Source of the DNA: Trichosphaerium sp. ATCC 40318
Taxonomy: Eukaryota; Protista; Tubulinea
Assembly (NCBI GenBank): GCA_038496445.1
Contig: JALMLS010000078.1
Coordinates: 1 to 64,000, forward strand
Direction of reading: 5' to 3'
Length of the DNA stretch: 64,000 nt
The translations under genes and the position numbers were made by a program. The notes beneath the pieces were generated by a model. That model was given only the letters and a program-made list of their open reading frames with translations. It had not been told where the DNA came from and ran no database searches. Shown here one piece after another: positions 36,225 through 47,031 of this stretch. Numbering within the stretch: position 1 is the stretch's first letter; every line of letters starts with the position of its first letter.

Positions 36225-39200
36225 ATGGAGTCAACAGATTCTATTTCGGTTAGCAGTGCCACAGCCTCGAGTATAAGCGTTAGCGAACCATCTAATAGCC
36301 CTCCACGAAGTAGAGCTTCTAGTATTGATGAAAAACCTGTAGCAGCTGTATTGGTTTCAGGTACGCGTCAGGATAATACACGTAACTCTAGTTTGCTGAT
36401 TTTGAGGTACAGAGTTTGATATCGATAAAGGAAGTACATTAGTTGCTGAGTATCCTCAGAACATATTAAGGAGAGTGGGTGTTGGCCAACTCAAACTAGA
36501 GTACGATACAAAGAAAACTAGTTCGTTTGGCTTAAAATACACTTCTATTCGCGTAACAGTGGCTATGAAGACGATTTACGCTAATTTAACGTGAAATGCT
36601 TAAAAAGAAACTACATTGTTTTTTGTGTTGACAAAACCTACGCTGCATCTTTCTTACTAGTGTTAGAACAATTGCCGATCTAATGCTTCCGGAGGGCGTA
36701 CAAAATTTCACTCACGACTGGACGCTCTTTATGCTTAATCGCATTGATTCCCCAATGTTCTCGCGAATTGTACGCTCTAATCATACATTTAACGAGAAAA
36801 TATATTTTTCAGGCCGAATTTTGTGGTATCTCAATCAGAGTTTACCTAAACAACTCTACTATCCGTAGATAATGCTCTGGAAGCATCCAAATGTTTGACA
36901 TTTTCTAATTTAGACGTCATCTAAAAAGTGTTTTTTATAGGCTTCTACTTCACCCAAAGTTAAAAAAAAGAGATCAGCTAGGTCATTATCAAGTAGATCA
37001 GCATCTAGCTCTCGAAAACAAAGATCATTCTCTACATCTGAGGCACCACGCTCAAATCAGTTTTCTCTTGATTTATCTACTGCAAACAATATGCGCGTAA
37101 GTCTAATCAACATAACTTGAAACCAACATGCTTTATTCTCCTAAATCTCGTGATTATACACTCAGCACTCTCGCATTACATATTTTATTCCTTTGTGATA
37201 TGCGACAGGCGTTAAAACGGTTTTACTTATTAATTTGCTCATGCACTATGTAGTCACTGGAAACGAGTGATAGTAATGTAAAGTATGGTAAGTCTAAGCG
37301 TAGAGCGCTTTCATCTAGGCGTTCATTTGCTGAGACATCTCCACGATCAGTTAGTGCCAAATTATTGGCATACACAGGAAGAAGTCCTCCACAGTTTCTG
37401 TGGGTTGTAACACTTGTACAAACAAAGAAAAATAAGAATTATAAGCGAGGTGCTCGTGTACGTGCAATTGGTGTAGCATGCACGCATCGTTATATCAGTA
37501 TTTACAAGGTACACACGAAATTGCAAGCTTTAAGTGTTTTTGAAAAACCCGTGTAATCGAGATTTAGGATATAATGTGGAAACGATTGAGCAACGATTTT
37601 GATACTATAGATACTGTGTTGAATGATTTCTATGATGATTTAAATTCTATTAATCTTCATGGCCCATTATCCTTGCTACATACTCATGCCCGTACGTCAT
37701 TGTGCTTTTTTTTTAATGGCTAAGAGGTATTGAATGTTTTGGTTTAGGATTCTGGGCTGGTTTTAATTCTCAAGAACTTACGTATTTTATACAATCGAAA
37801 CGCGGTATTACTCAGTTTCCAATGTCTCAACTCTATGATGAAATAGCTGGAGTATGTTTAGACTTTAGTGGTTATTGTTTGGGCTTACTTTGAGGACTAG
37901 GCATCGCTAATGCTGCTCTGGGATACCTTTAAGGAAGGTATAATGACTATTTATAACGCTGTGCTACTAGAGAAGCGGTACGAGTCTATTTTTTAAGTCT
38001 TGTTGTAATTACTACATACATAGTGTTAACTTATGAACTTAAGAAAAAATACTGACTTTTTTGCTTTAGATTAATTTTTCTTGGTCACAACCTGTCTCCA
38101 TGGCAAATTTGTAAATATGTGATCAGCGCTTGCGTACTTTTACATCCATTACACGTACTTAAAGAACGTGGATACCCTTATATTCCTTTTGGTAACTTTG
38201 AATTCCTAAACACGTACGATCATTAAGCGAGTTCCACTGATCTTGTTCTAAATATTTTTTTCTAGTCAAGGATACATTGTGGGATGTTCTAATCCTATTT
38301 TTAAAGATAATAAAGCTTATTGGTACGATGTTTAAAAAAAGATAAGATTTTGCCTTAACAGGCGTTTTTAGGGAAGTTCTTGCTGATATAAACGCTGGCA
38401 CAGTGCGCGCGGTACCTTAATTGGCGAAAGTCAAAGTCAAATACTTATCTCGCTCTTTAGGTGAAAAACGCAGGTGAGGCCAAGAAATACCCACGAGAGA
38501 ACAGTACTAGTAAAAACAATGGTGTTGTTAAGGCTATACGACGAGCAAAGAACAAATCAGTGGGAAAACTGAAGAATGTATGTACTCGGAATGAGGTCTA
38601 CATGATTGATGCTTTTGCTAATACATGACTGTAGTTATCTCGAGATAACTCGGCTCAATCAAGTAATCAGAGCAGTAAACAAAGCAGTAAACGCGATAAC
38701 CCCGATGCTTGGTTCATAAAGAACATTAAGAGGGGTTTAGACTTAGGTTGTGATGAGTATTGGCTCAGAATGAAGTTTCAGGTGCGCGTAGATGATTTTT
38801 TCGAATAAATTTCTAGTTATGTCTTTCTTTCTTTCTTATTCTTATACGCTTGCTTTAAATAGGGTTATACACAGGATATATTAGATGCAGCGTTTGGGTT
38901 GCCTAGTGATTATATTGATTACTCAAAGCTTAGGACGTCTACTATTACAACAAACTACTATGGTAACTACTTGCTGATGCGTTTTTGATTTATTCTTTTT
39001 TGATTTTAAACTGTCTTTGCCTTATTACCCTCTTAGCGATTCGTATTAATCACTGGAAGAATACACGCTCTTATGAGCGGTATTGCAAGGTACGAGCACT
39101 AGCAATAAATTATTGTAGTTGCAGTGACTGTGGTTGACTTTTTCTTTTGAGACAAAAAACTTGCCAAGTCTCAGACTTTTATTTCGTCATTTCTAATTTT

Positions 39201-39735
39201 TTAACTGAAGCAACGTGCAATGCACCAACCTGTTAGCGCAGAACGAAAAAAGCCTAAAACAGAGATTGATCTGGCTTATGCTGCGAGAACGTTGAAAAAA
39301 GAAGGTTTTACAATGACTGAAGATGATCTTACTGAGCTATTCCAACGGATTTTAGCACAAGTCCTTACTGTTGATGATATTTGCGAGGTATGTAAACAAG
39401 TACCGTCCAAAAAGTCAATAGCATTTTTTTTCTCAGAATTTTCTCTTTTTTTTTGGTTGTTTTTTTTTGTAAACTTTTTCGTCGTCACGTGCCCTTTTAT
39501 TACAAACGCATCATTATGTTGTGATACTTCTATTGCCTTTTATTAATATTACTTGCTCTGGTACTGATAATTATGTTAGTTTTATGGATTTTTGTCGCTT
39601 TATGACTTTAAGCTACTTCCGTTCCTAGAAAGACGATGGTTTACGAACCAAGAGCTTAGACAGCGTATATTAGCATTGCATAAAGCAATGTTGCTGTTTA
39701 AAACAGATTCCCTTGTACAATTAGAACAAAATTAA
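36225..39735 (+). CDS. Afi1/MesA-family (DENN-related) protein, many exons
   Basis: VLVS|EFDIDKGSTLVAEYP, LMLPEGVQNFTHDWTLFMLNR, VTLVQTKKNKNYKRGARVRAIG. Confidence 0.85.
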
Positions 39736-39915
39736 GAAAAGAAAAAAAAAAGAGAAAAAATAAACAAGAATAATGAACTTGCTATTACTTTTATCATCAA
39801 CACGCCCTTTGATTTACTTTAAGCGTCAATAGTACCTTCCTTTGCACTTACTACATACGAAGTGGCTCTGGACAATGAGTATTCGGTTATTACACTTAAT
39901 GATACTCTTACCCCA

Positions 39916-40823
39916 TCAGTAATAAAGTGCTGTAACAGAACATAACTGTTTAATCTCTTCATCTGTTACGTTTGTGCCCCTCAAATCAACGACCTTTGCA
40001 CCTGCCAAATACTTAATGCCTTCACCGTTTATTGTATAACAGTCCTTCAAATGAACTTCATTTATGCCAGAGAGGTATTTAAGAGCTTTATCTGTAATCT
40101 TTGTTCTAGACAAATAAATTTTACTTAAAATATTCCCATTTCCTGAAATGAATGCCTCCACGCCAACATCTGTTACTTTTGTACCTGACAAAGTAATTTC
40201 ATGAACACCTTTAAGATATGATATTCCTTTATCTGTTATTCTTGAACACTGGCTAACATTTATAGAGTGAGAACCACTTAATCCCTTTAAGCCATCATCA
40301 TTGATATTTGTTAAGCCTACATTTATTGAATATGCACCGTTAAGGTGTTTGTATCCTTCGCCAGTGATGAGAGGACATTTGTAGATATTTATGGTATGTA
40401 CACCAGCAATTGCTTTGAGTCCTTCATTTGTTATGTTGCTACACTCCCAAAGCAATAAAGTATGTACTCCTGCAATTGACTCTAAGCCCTTATCTGTTAT
40501 GAAGGGGTTACCTTCAAATTGTATATTTTGAATATGCCCTTCAGTGGTTGTAGTTCCTTGTCTGTTACCATAAAGGGTCCAAAAGAAAAAGCAATCATTG
40601 TATTGTTTAGGTGTATTAGTGGGCTGTTACAAATTAGTTTAAATCCTTCTTGTGATGTTATCTCAATGTACTTATAGCCCACGTGATAATGTATGATATT
40701 TGAGAGCGTCCAACACGTCTGTGCTACATTGAATCTTGTTTTATCCAAAAATGATAAAATATTGACTAAAATCTCTGGTGGGAAGTCTAATAGCGCAATA
40801 TCACGTGTTATTCTGTAAAACAC
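39916..40823 (-). pseudogene. F-box + LRR gene with a 1-nt frameshift near 40527 (pseudogene or consensus error); true start unclear
   Basis: LLDFPPEILVNILSFL F-box; one extra A in ttcaaaata joins it to NIQFEGNPFITDKGLESIAGVHTL and the LRR array. Confidence 0.8.
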
Positions 40824-41267
40824 AATGTATTAGTTCAAAAGGGTATTAAACACCACAAAACATACATGGCTTGGTAGATGATAAACGTTTAGTTCCTGCT
40901 GTAATTTGTTTTCATTTCTTTACATTGTAGTCAACACTTGTCTTTTGTTGGTCACAAAGATCACTGTTCGGCTAGTGTACTGGCGCTTTAGATGTTGAAC
41001 AGTGAGGCACAACCCTTTATCATTTTGTTTCAAAGAGAACCATTGATCCTAATATGAGAACTGTGGTCAATCATTAAGAAAAAACACAAACAGGACAAAA
41101 CACTTTCTTAGTGCCAACTTTGCCAATTGTTTGGACAAAAATGTTAGTGGGTAATACAACACCATGTAGATGACACGTTTTATTAAAAAGAACAAGTTAT
41201 ACAACATCTTTCAAAAGCTTTGCACAGCCAATACCAAGTTAACATCAGTAATTGAAAGTGAAGAATG

Positions 41268-43502
41268 TTATTGTTTTCTAGGTTCTCGTTTTAACGACAA
41301 TGCAAACATTTCTTCTGTGCTCATAGTTGACTTCCAAGAACTTATAATATTGCGTATGCATGGAATTGTTTGAAAAGGGTATGATGGAACAAGTGCTTTG
41401 TAGAACGCACCAATTTCTTTGTAGTAAAGTTTCACCTTTACAACATTGTAGCATGTTTTACTTGTTGCTCCTCGTATAAAGTCAGGATTTGCACCGTCAG
41501 ATACAAACATAATATCTGTAAGCGTCATACCAATGTATGGAACTTGTGGGAGACCATCTCTGGTCCTCGTCCTATAAATAATAAGTCAACAATTAAAGCC
41601 TTTAACTTTTAATTCAAATCAAAAATACACGATTGGTAGGGTATATAAATCAAATAACAATTGTAAATCGTATTACCTTGTGAGTATCCTGACCTTTTTA
41701 TATGCCGAGGATGGTGACAATATAGCTATTAGTTCATCAAATCGTTTTTTAATTTTTTTCTTCCTGTTTACCTTAGCACGTTTAAGTTAATAGTTTACAA
41801 TTTAAGTCATGCACAATTTTCACGTGTACAGTATGTCTAAAGAAAAGTTAACACTTACTACATTGAATGTTTGCCATAGTCTACATATAGAACCGTGTTC
41901 CAAGCCTGATATTATTGCAAAAGCACCAAAGAAGTTGCCCATGGAAACTAATTCTTCAGCAAGATTAATAAAGTACACAGTGCGTGATACTCTGACTTTA
42001 ATGTTGTCTCCCAATAGTATGGCCTCAACTACAAAGTCACAAAGCTATTTTCATAAGAAACAAGTTAGTAGCCATTAACAGTAAAAATAATCAAGTGCAC
42101 ATAATTGATACAAAAGCGCACATTATTGTACTGTTGTAATAATGCTTTAAGAAACCCAGCAACACGTCCTGTGTGTGATAATAATGCACTAACATTAATA
42201 CTACGTGCACTATACAATATATCAATGATAGGCTGTTAAAGTGTATAATGGGACGTACATCTCATGACTAACGAGTGTTAACTCCCTGGCAACCTCAATT
42301 GTAGGTATTGCCCACATCTCAACTTCATTTTTGAACTTCTTTCGCTTCACAACACGTTTGAATGGCTTACATATTATACCTCCACGATCACAGAATACAG
42401 TAAGTGATTTCTTCAAATAGGTGAGTATCATATAAACAGGTGAGAATGTGTTTGTTACTTACACTGTGTTTCAACCTTGCTGATAAAGTATTTTTTATCT
42501 TTAATTGATCGTCATAACTCATACGCTCTAGGAACTCTAGAAATTCTGGAACCCATTCATGCTCTTTTGTTACTAAGGAACGAACAATTGGGGCGTTGGA
42601 AATCAAGTAACAAAGGAATTGGATAATACTTGAAGAAAGATCAGTGGCTAGAAGAAAAAAAAAACAAGTTTTTACCGGTGTGCAGATATACTTTTAGGAT
42701 CCCAAGTGTACACCTTTGATAACTCGGAAAATAGGTCGGTAGAAAACCCAGGGAGCTTGAATAAACATACAGTCAAGAGAGGTAAGAAGTCACCTTTTGT
42801 ACAGTTAGCATCAATAAAAAATTATAAAAACTTACTTGATGTATCAAACTCTTCCACGTTCAAGTGCATTGACTCCACATCATTTATTTGAGGGAATTTG
42901 ATTGGATGTGATATTAAGTATACCAAACCATCTATATTCAACCCTTCCAGGCTATCAATAATGTTGTCAATTGAACCTTCACGAAAAACAATATTTTCAT
43001 TTTCCCTAATACCATGATAAAGTATCTAATGGTATTTTCTATTAATAGAGTTCCCACGTGAGAGTAACTAAGTAGTACCTTAGATATTTCTTTATATCTA
43101 GTTAACAGTTCTTGGGTAGGTCTTTTGAGTATACGAAGAAGGGTACCCCAAGAAACATTTTGAGCCTTTAACGTTGCAGACACTGGAACAACAAAATTAA
43201 TGTTGTCGTACTTTGTTTGATCGCTTACCTTTTTCGAAAGAAAGACAGTGATACGTTACTAGCCGTTTTTTCCACGTCGATGGAGATGAAATAAGCGTGT
43301 TCCACTCTTTGCAGACCTTTTGTCAGTTAAACACGTGATTATTTAATGCTCTAGCTTAAAGGTATAGTGGTAGAAAAACGTACTGAGCAACTTGATATAA
43401 GAATATGTGGTTCAATGCCTTTAAACACCTTTACAAGTTTATAAATCTGTACAAACTAGCGTTGTATACCTGCTGAAGTACTTCTGGAGGTAATTTATCC
43501 AT
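41268..43502 (-). CDS. F-box + RasGEF (REM + CDC25) protein, multi-exon
   Basis: N-terminal MDKLPPEVLQQ|VFKGIEPHILISSCS|VCKEWNTLIS (F-box); EVARELTL, NFFGAFAIISGL, VPYIGMTLTDIMF and C-terminal SLKREPR (CDC25). Confidence 0.85.
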
Positions 43503-43589
43503 TTTAACGCCTTTCGGATTAAAAACTGTCTTTAGTTGCTGTAAACTAGATTTTCGACACCTCTGACGCTACTCTTGCCGTTTGTGCTT

Positions 43590-43735
43590 TGTTAAGTTTG
43601 TGTTGACTATCTACAAAGATTCGGCGCGATTTAATTTGTGTACACGTGATTGTTTTTAATCCAAGTTCGCGTTACGTACCTGGTTGATGAAACCTGCTCA
43701 CAAGGGAAACCTGTAAAGTCTGCATGCTCGTAGAC
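43590..43735 (-). pseudogene. Internally deleted copy of the nitrobindin-like gene at 22871-23780
   Basis: ~55 nt nearly identical to 23032-23085 (tgtgagcaggtttcatcaaccaggtac exact), then intron-1 sequence (aacaatcacgtgtacac) fused to last-exon sequence (tctttgt..atagtcaac). Confidence 0.8.
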
Positions 43736-43939
43736 GTAGTCAATACAGTCAAGGTATGATCACCCATAGTAGTACTCGAGTCAAAAAAGTCAACATTTGC
43801 ACATATTAAAAAATTGTGGATTTCACAATAAACAACACGTAACTCACGTTGTCCGTCGTAAGCAAGTTTGTGGAGAAAACCAAGAATATACATATCTGCA
43901 GGTACAGTTTGATACTTGCAGACTTGGTTAATCTTCAAG

Positions 43940-44200
43940 GTTGTCCTTGTGACAGAACTGAGGCTTTAAGCTTGCTTAAACATGACATGAAATAACAGTT
44001 CTGATTTCAACAGTCTCACAAGCAACGTCACTTTAAGACATGCCAGTGCTCATAAGCAAACAAAAATGAGATTTGTTCTGATAGTGTTTTCAAATGAGTG
44101 TTGTTAAACAAATTTGCTGGAGTTCATAACTTGAACGTTCATGTTGTGTTGACCGTACAGATGAAAGCATCAAATGACTTGTCACTACAATATATGTTCA
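43940..44200 (+). pseudogene. Decayed F-box-LRR fragment
   Basis: FAGVHNLN and TDESIK remnants. Confidence 0.5.
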
Positions 44201-44809
44201 AACGTAAAAATTCTTCCATAACCATGGCTACTATCTAACTAAACCGTTTTTAATCTCTTTACAGATATTAACCCAAAAAATTATGGAGCATTGAATAGCT
44301 CAAAGCATCTTTTGAAGAACATAGTCACAAATTGTATGTGTGCACGTTAAAGTCAGTTTTAGCAAGTCATTTGGCATGCATCACTTTTAGCTCTGCAGGG
44401 TGATGTGTTTGACCAACACAGCTGATTTATCCTTTTCAATAGCTGAAAATATATGGTGAGAGAAGTCATGTAGAATAGGTTATCACGACGTGGAGCACCC
44501 AAAAATGTTGCAATTGCGTGTCAATATTTTGTAAACTCTGGATTTGTTGCATTTGTGAGTCTGTCAATCAATATCCGTCTTTCCTTGCTGCGTTTGAGGC
44601 CCAATGTACTACAATATCTTTGTAAGAATGTTTTTTTTCTTGTTTTCTAACATTTCTGGGGTCAGTGAGCACGTCCTTCTAAAACTTTTGTATAAAGTTT
44701 TTGACACAAATCACAGAACCATTCTTTGGCCTTACTTTTTCTCTTCCATGTCTTATTGTCCCAATCAAGGCATTCAAAGTGGTACCATACATCACAGTAA
44801 TCACATCGT

Positions 44810-45295
44810 ATCATCAGCACCTACAACTGGTACTTTGTCATTTACTTTCGATGGGAACTTACTTGATTTGTACAATAGCTACTCCAACAACTGAAGAACC
44901 TACAACAGCTACCCAACAACAACAGAACCGCCAACAACAAATGTACAGAGTCTCCAACAACAGACGCACCTACCACTCTACCGCCTACTACTGAAGCACC
45001 AACTAGAGCTTCTCCAACCAAAGCCCTACGACTGTACTGAAGCTCCAACCACTGAAGTACCTACAACAGCTACCCCAAGAACAACAGAACCGCCAACTAC
45101 AGATGTACCAACCACCAACGACAGAGGCACCGACTGCAGATGCTCCAACCACCGAAGCTCCAACAACTACAGCACCAACTACAGAGCCTCCTACAACTAC
45201 CACTGTAGCACCTACTACAGACGCACCAACGACTGGGCCACCAACTACAGATGCTCCAACCACTGAGGCCCCTACTAAATCTCCAACTACAAGGC
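44810..45295 (+). repeat. Mucin-like TEAPT/PTT coding repeats, frameshifted (surface-protein pseudogene or collapsed assembly)
   Basis: PTTEAPTADAPTTEAPTTTAPTT repeats spread over several frames. Confidence 0.7.
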
Positions 45296-45880
45296 AACAA
45301 ATGGAACATTTACGTATTGTTTTAAGTGTAATTGTGTATTACATACTCGTTGGAGAGTCCTTTGTACATGGGTACCCAATATGGAAAGTGTTGGGCGTGT
45401 AACATTGTCCGAAAATAAACTCTGTTCTGTGAACACAAAAAAAATGCTGCGAGTGCTCAAATAATAGGAGCGCTATGGACCAGTTAATATAGTCGCCTGG
45501 GTGTGGAGAGCAGGTTCAGACAAGTTTTAGACCAATTACTAAGACTGGCGACTATTCAGCGCTAGAGATATTTTTGTTTGTTGCTTAGTTTTCGTTTTTA
45601 GTTGTTCCACGTGTTGAAGTTGCTCTTTTTCTCTTTTTTGTAATTTTTGTTTTTTTACTGAGATGCTCGCGTTTTTATATGACCCTTTATGGAATCGGAA
45701 TGGGTTGAATGCACGTGCAAGAGTGGATTGCGAGGTTTCTGGGCTGTTTAAAAAAATTTACTATCATCCATAATTTTTCAACTTACTACCGGAAAGAGTT
45801 TAATGTCAACGTCGGTCATATTTGAAAACACATGGAAACGCATTACCGTGATATTCCTAGCAATCTATCATTACATCCTC

Positions 45881-46025
45881 TGTTATGCTGCAGAATAAAG
45901 TCAAAGCGTATTTATTTAGATTTACAGGAGTTACAAAAGGTACATATATATTTTATTTATTGTGGGATGCGTTTCTCTGAAATCCTATTTGTTGAATAGT
46001 ATTTACATGAAACACGTTCATAACA
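45881..46025 (-). repeat. 3' LTR (145 bp)
   Basis: TGTTATG...CATAACA inverted ends; matches 52626-52770. Confidence 0.97.
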
Positions 46026-46038
46026 TTCCTCCCTGTTT
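46026..46038 (-). promoter_or_regulatory. Polypurine tract
   Basis: AAACAGGGAGGAA abutting the 3' LTR on the minus strand. Confidence 0.8.
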
Positions 46039-46047
46039 AGCTTGAAG

Positions 46048-46779
46048 CTAATCCAATGCACAGAAATAATCGTCATCGTATGGTGTAACATCTTCTTCAT
46101 CAGAGGACTCGATTAATTCGTACTTAGGAGAGAGCTGTTCAGTTTCATACGCCTTTGCAAAATCGACGCTGATGGTCCCATCATCGTGTTCCATCTCCAA
46201 TGGTTCTGGGAGTGCTGGATTTTCGTTTTCTGGTTCTTTAGGTTCATCAGGTTCGTCGTAGCAAGACATGGTAAGGCAAGGTACTTGAGACACCTTATCA
46301 TTGTTGATAGATGTGTCCAATAGGCGACCATCTTCATCAAACTGGTAATGAGAGTGGTCCGGGTACGTTTGATCCACTTGTATTTCATCATCGCCATAAT
46401 ATACAGTCAGGGGGTCTGCTAGCTGTTCACTGACGTCCATTGGGTCATTTTGGAGCTGATCTGGTTGGTTTTGAGGTAGTTGTTCCCTCATTCTACTTAT
46501 CAGGTACTGGCGGCGTAGAAGGCTAGTTTGACGGGATTGTAGGGACTGTACTATCTCCAATAGGCGTGGTGCTGTCGAAATGAAAGCTGAAATCGCTTCT
46601 GCTTCTCTACGGCCCAATTCGAGGTCTTGAATCATATTCTGGAGGACTTCGTGTAGACGGGTTGTAGTTGCGTGCGTAAGATGACCAGGTGTGTGATCTT
46701 CCGGAATGATTTCATGGCTTTTTGTTCCTGCCAGTTTATTGGTGATTCCTTCAATCTCTACTTGGTGCATTCGTTCCAT
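46048..46779 (-). CDS. Retrotransposon ORF2 (243 aa): helical/coiled-coil N-half, acidic C-half, function unknown
   Basis: Uninterrupted ORF inside the LTRs, same strand as pol; no signal peptide or TM segment. Confidence 0.8.
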   Translation of the reverse strand: MERMHQVEIEGITNKLAGTKSHEIIPEDHTPGHLTHATTTRLHEVLQNMIQDLELGRREAEAISAFISTAPRLLEIVQSLQSRQTSLLRRQYLISRMREQLPQNQPDQLQNDPMDVSEQLADPLTVYYGDDEIQVDQTYPDHSHYQFDEDGRLLDTSINNDKVSQVPCLTMSCYDEPDEPKEPENENPALPEPLEMEHDDGTISVDFAKAYETEQLSPKYELIESSDEEDVTPYDDDYFCALD

Positions 46780-46789
46780 GTTTATAAGT

Positions 46790-46900
46790 GGTATAAGCAA
46801 GTTTAATGAACCTTAACATGGTGATCACATCATTAAGGCCCTATCTTGCGGCCCTTGCGGCCCAAGTGAATTTGCGGCTTTTGCGGCCCACGTGCACAAA
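46790..46900 (-). promoter_or_regulatory. Candidate internal promoter for ORF2
   Basis: CACGTG, four GCCGCAA repeats, then TCATT ~30 nt before the ATG. Confidence 0.4.
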
Positions 46901-47031
46901 AACTCTGTAAATTAATTTTAATTTTGTGGATTAAATAAATAGACTTCTTTTCCTTTTTTTTTTGTTTGAGTATCTATACTAAAAGAGTGTATCCTTTTTG
47001 GATACGTTGTTTGTTAGGATATTTCTCTATC

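Noticed and set aside
43672-43938. ORF as the first exon of the RasGEF
   Set aside because: It is explained by the nitrobindin-like relic; the F-box start at 43502 is a better N-terminus
46048-46779. env gene
   Set aside because: No signal peptide, TM helix or cysteine-rich ectodomain
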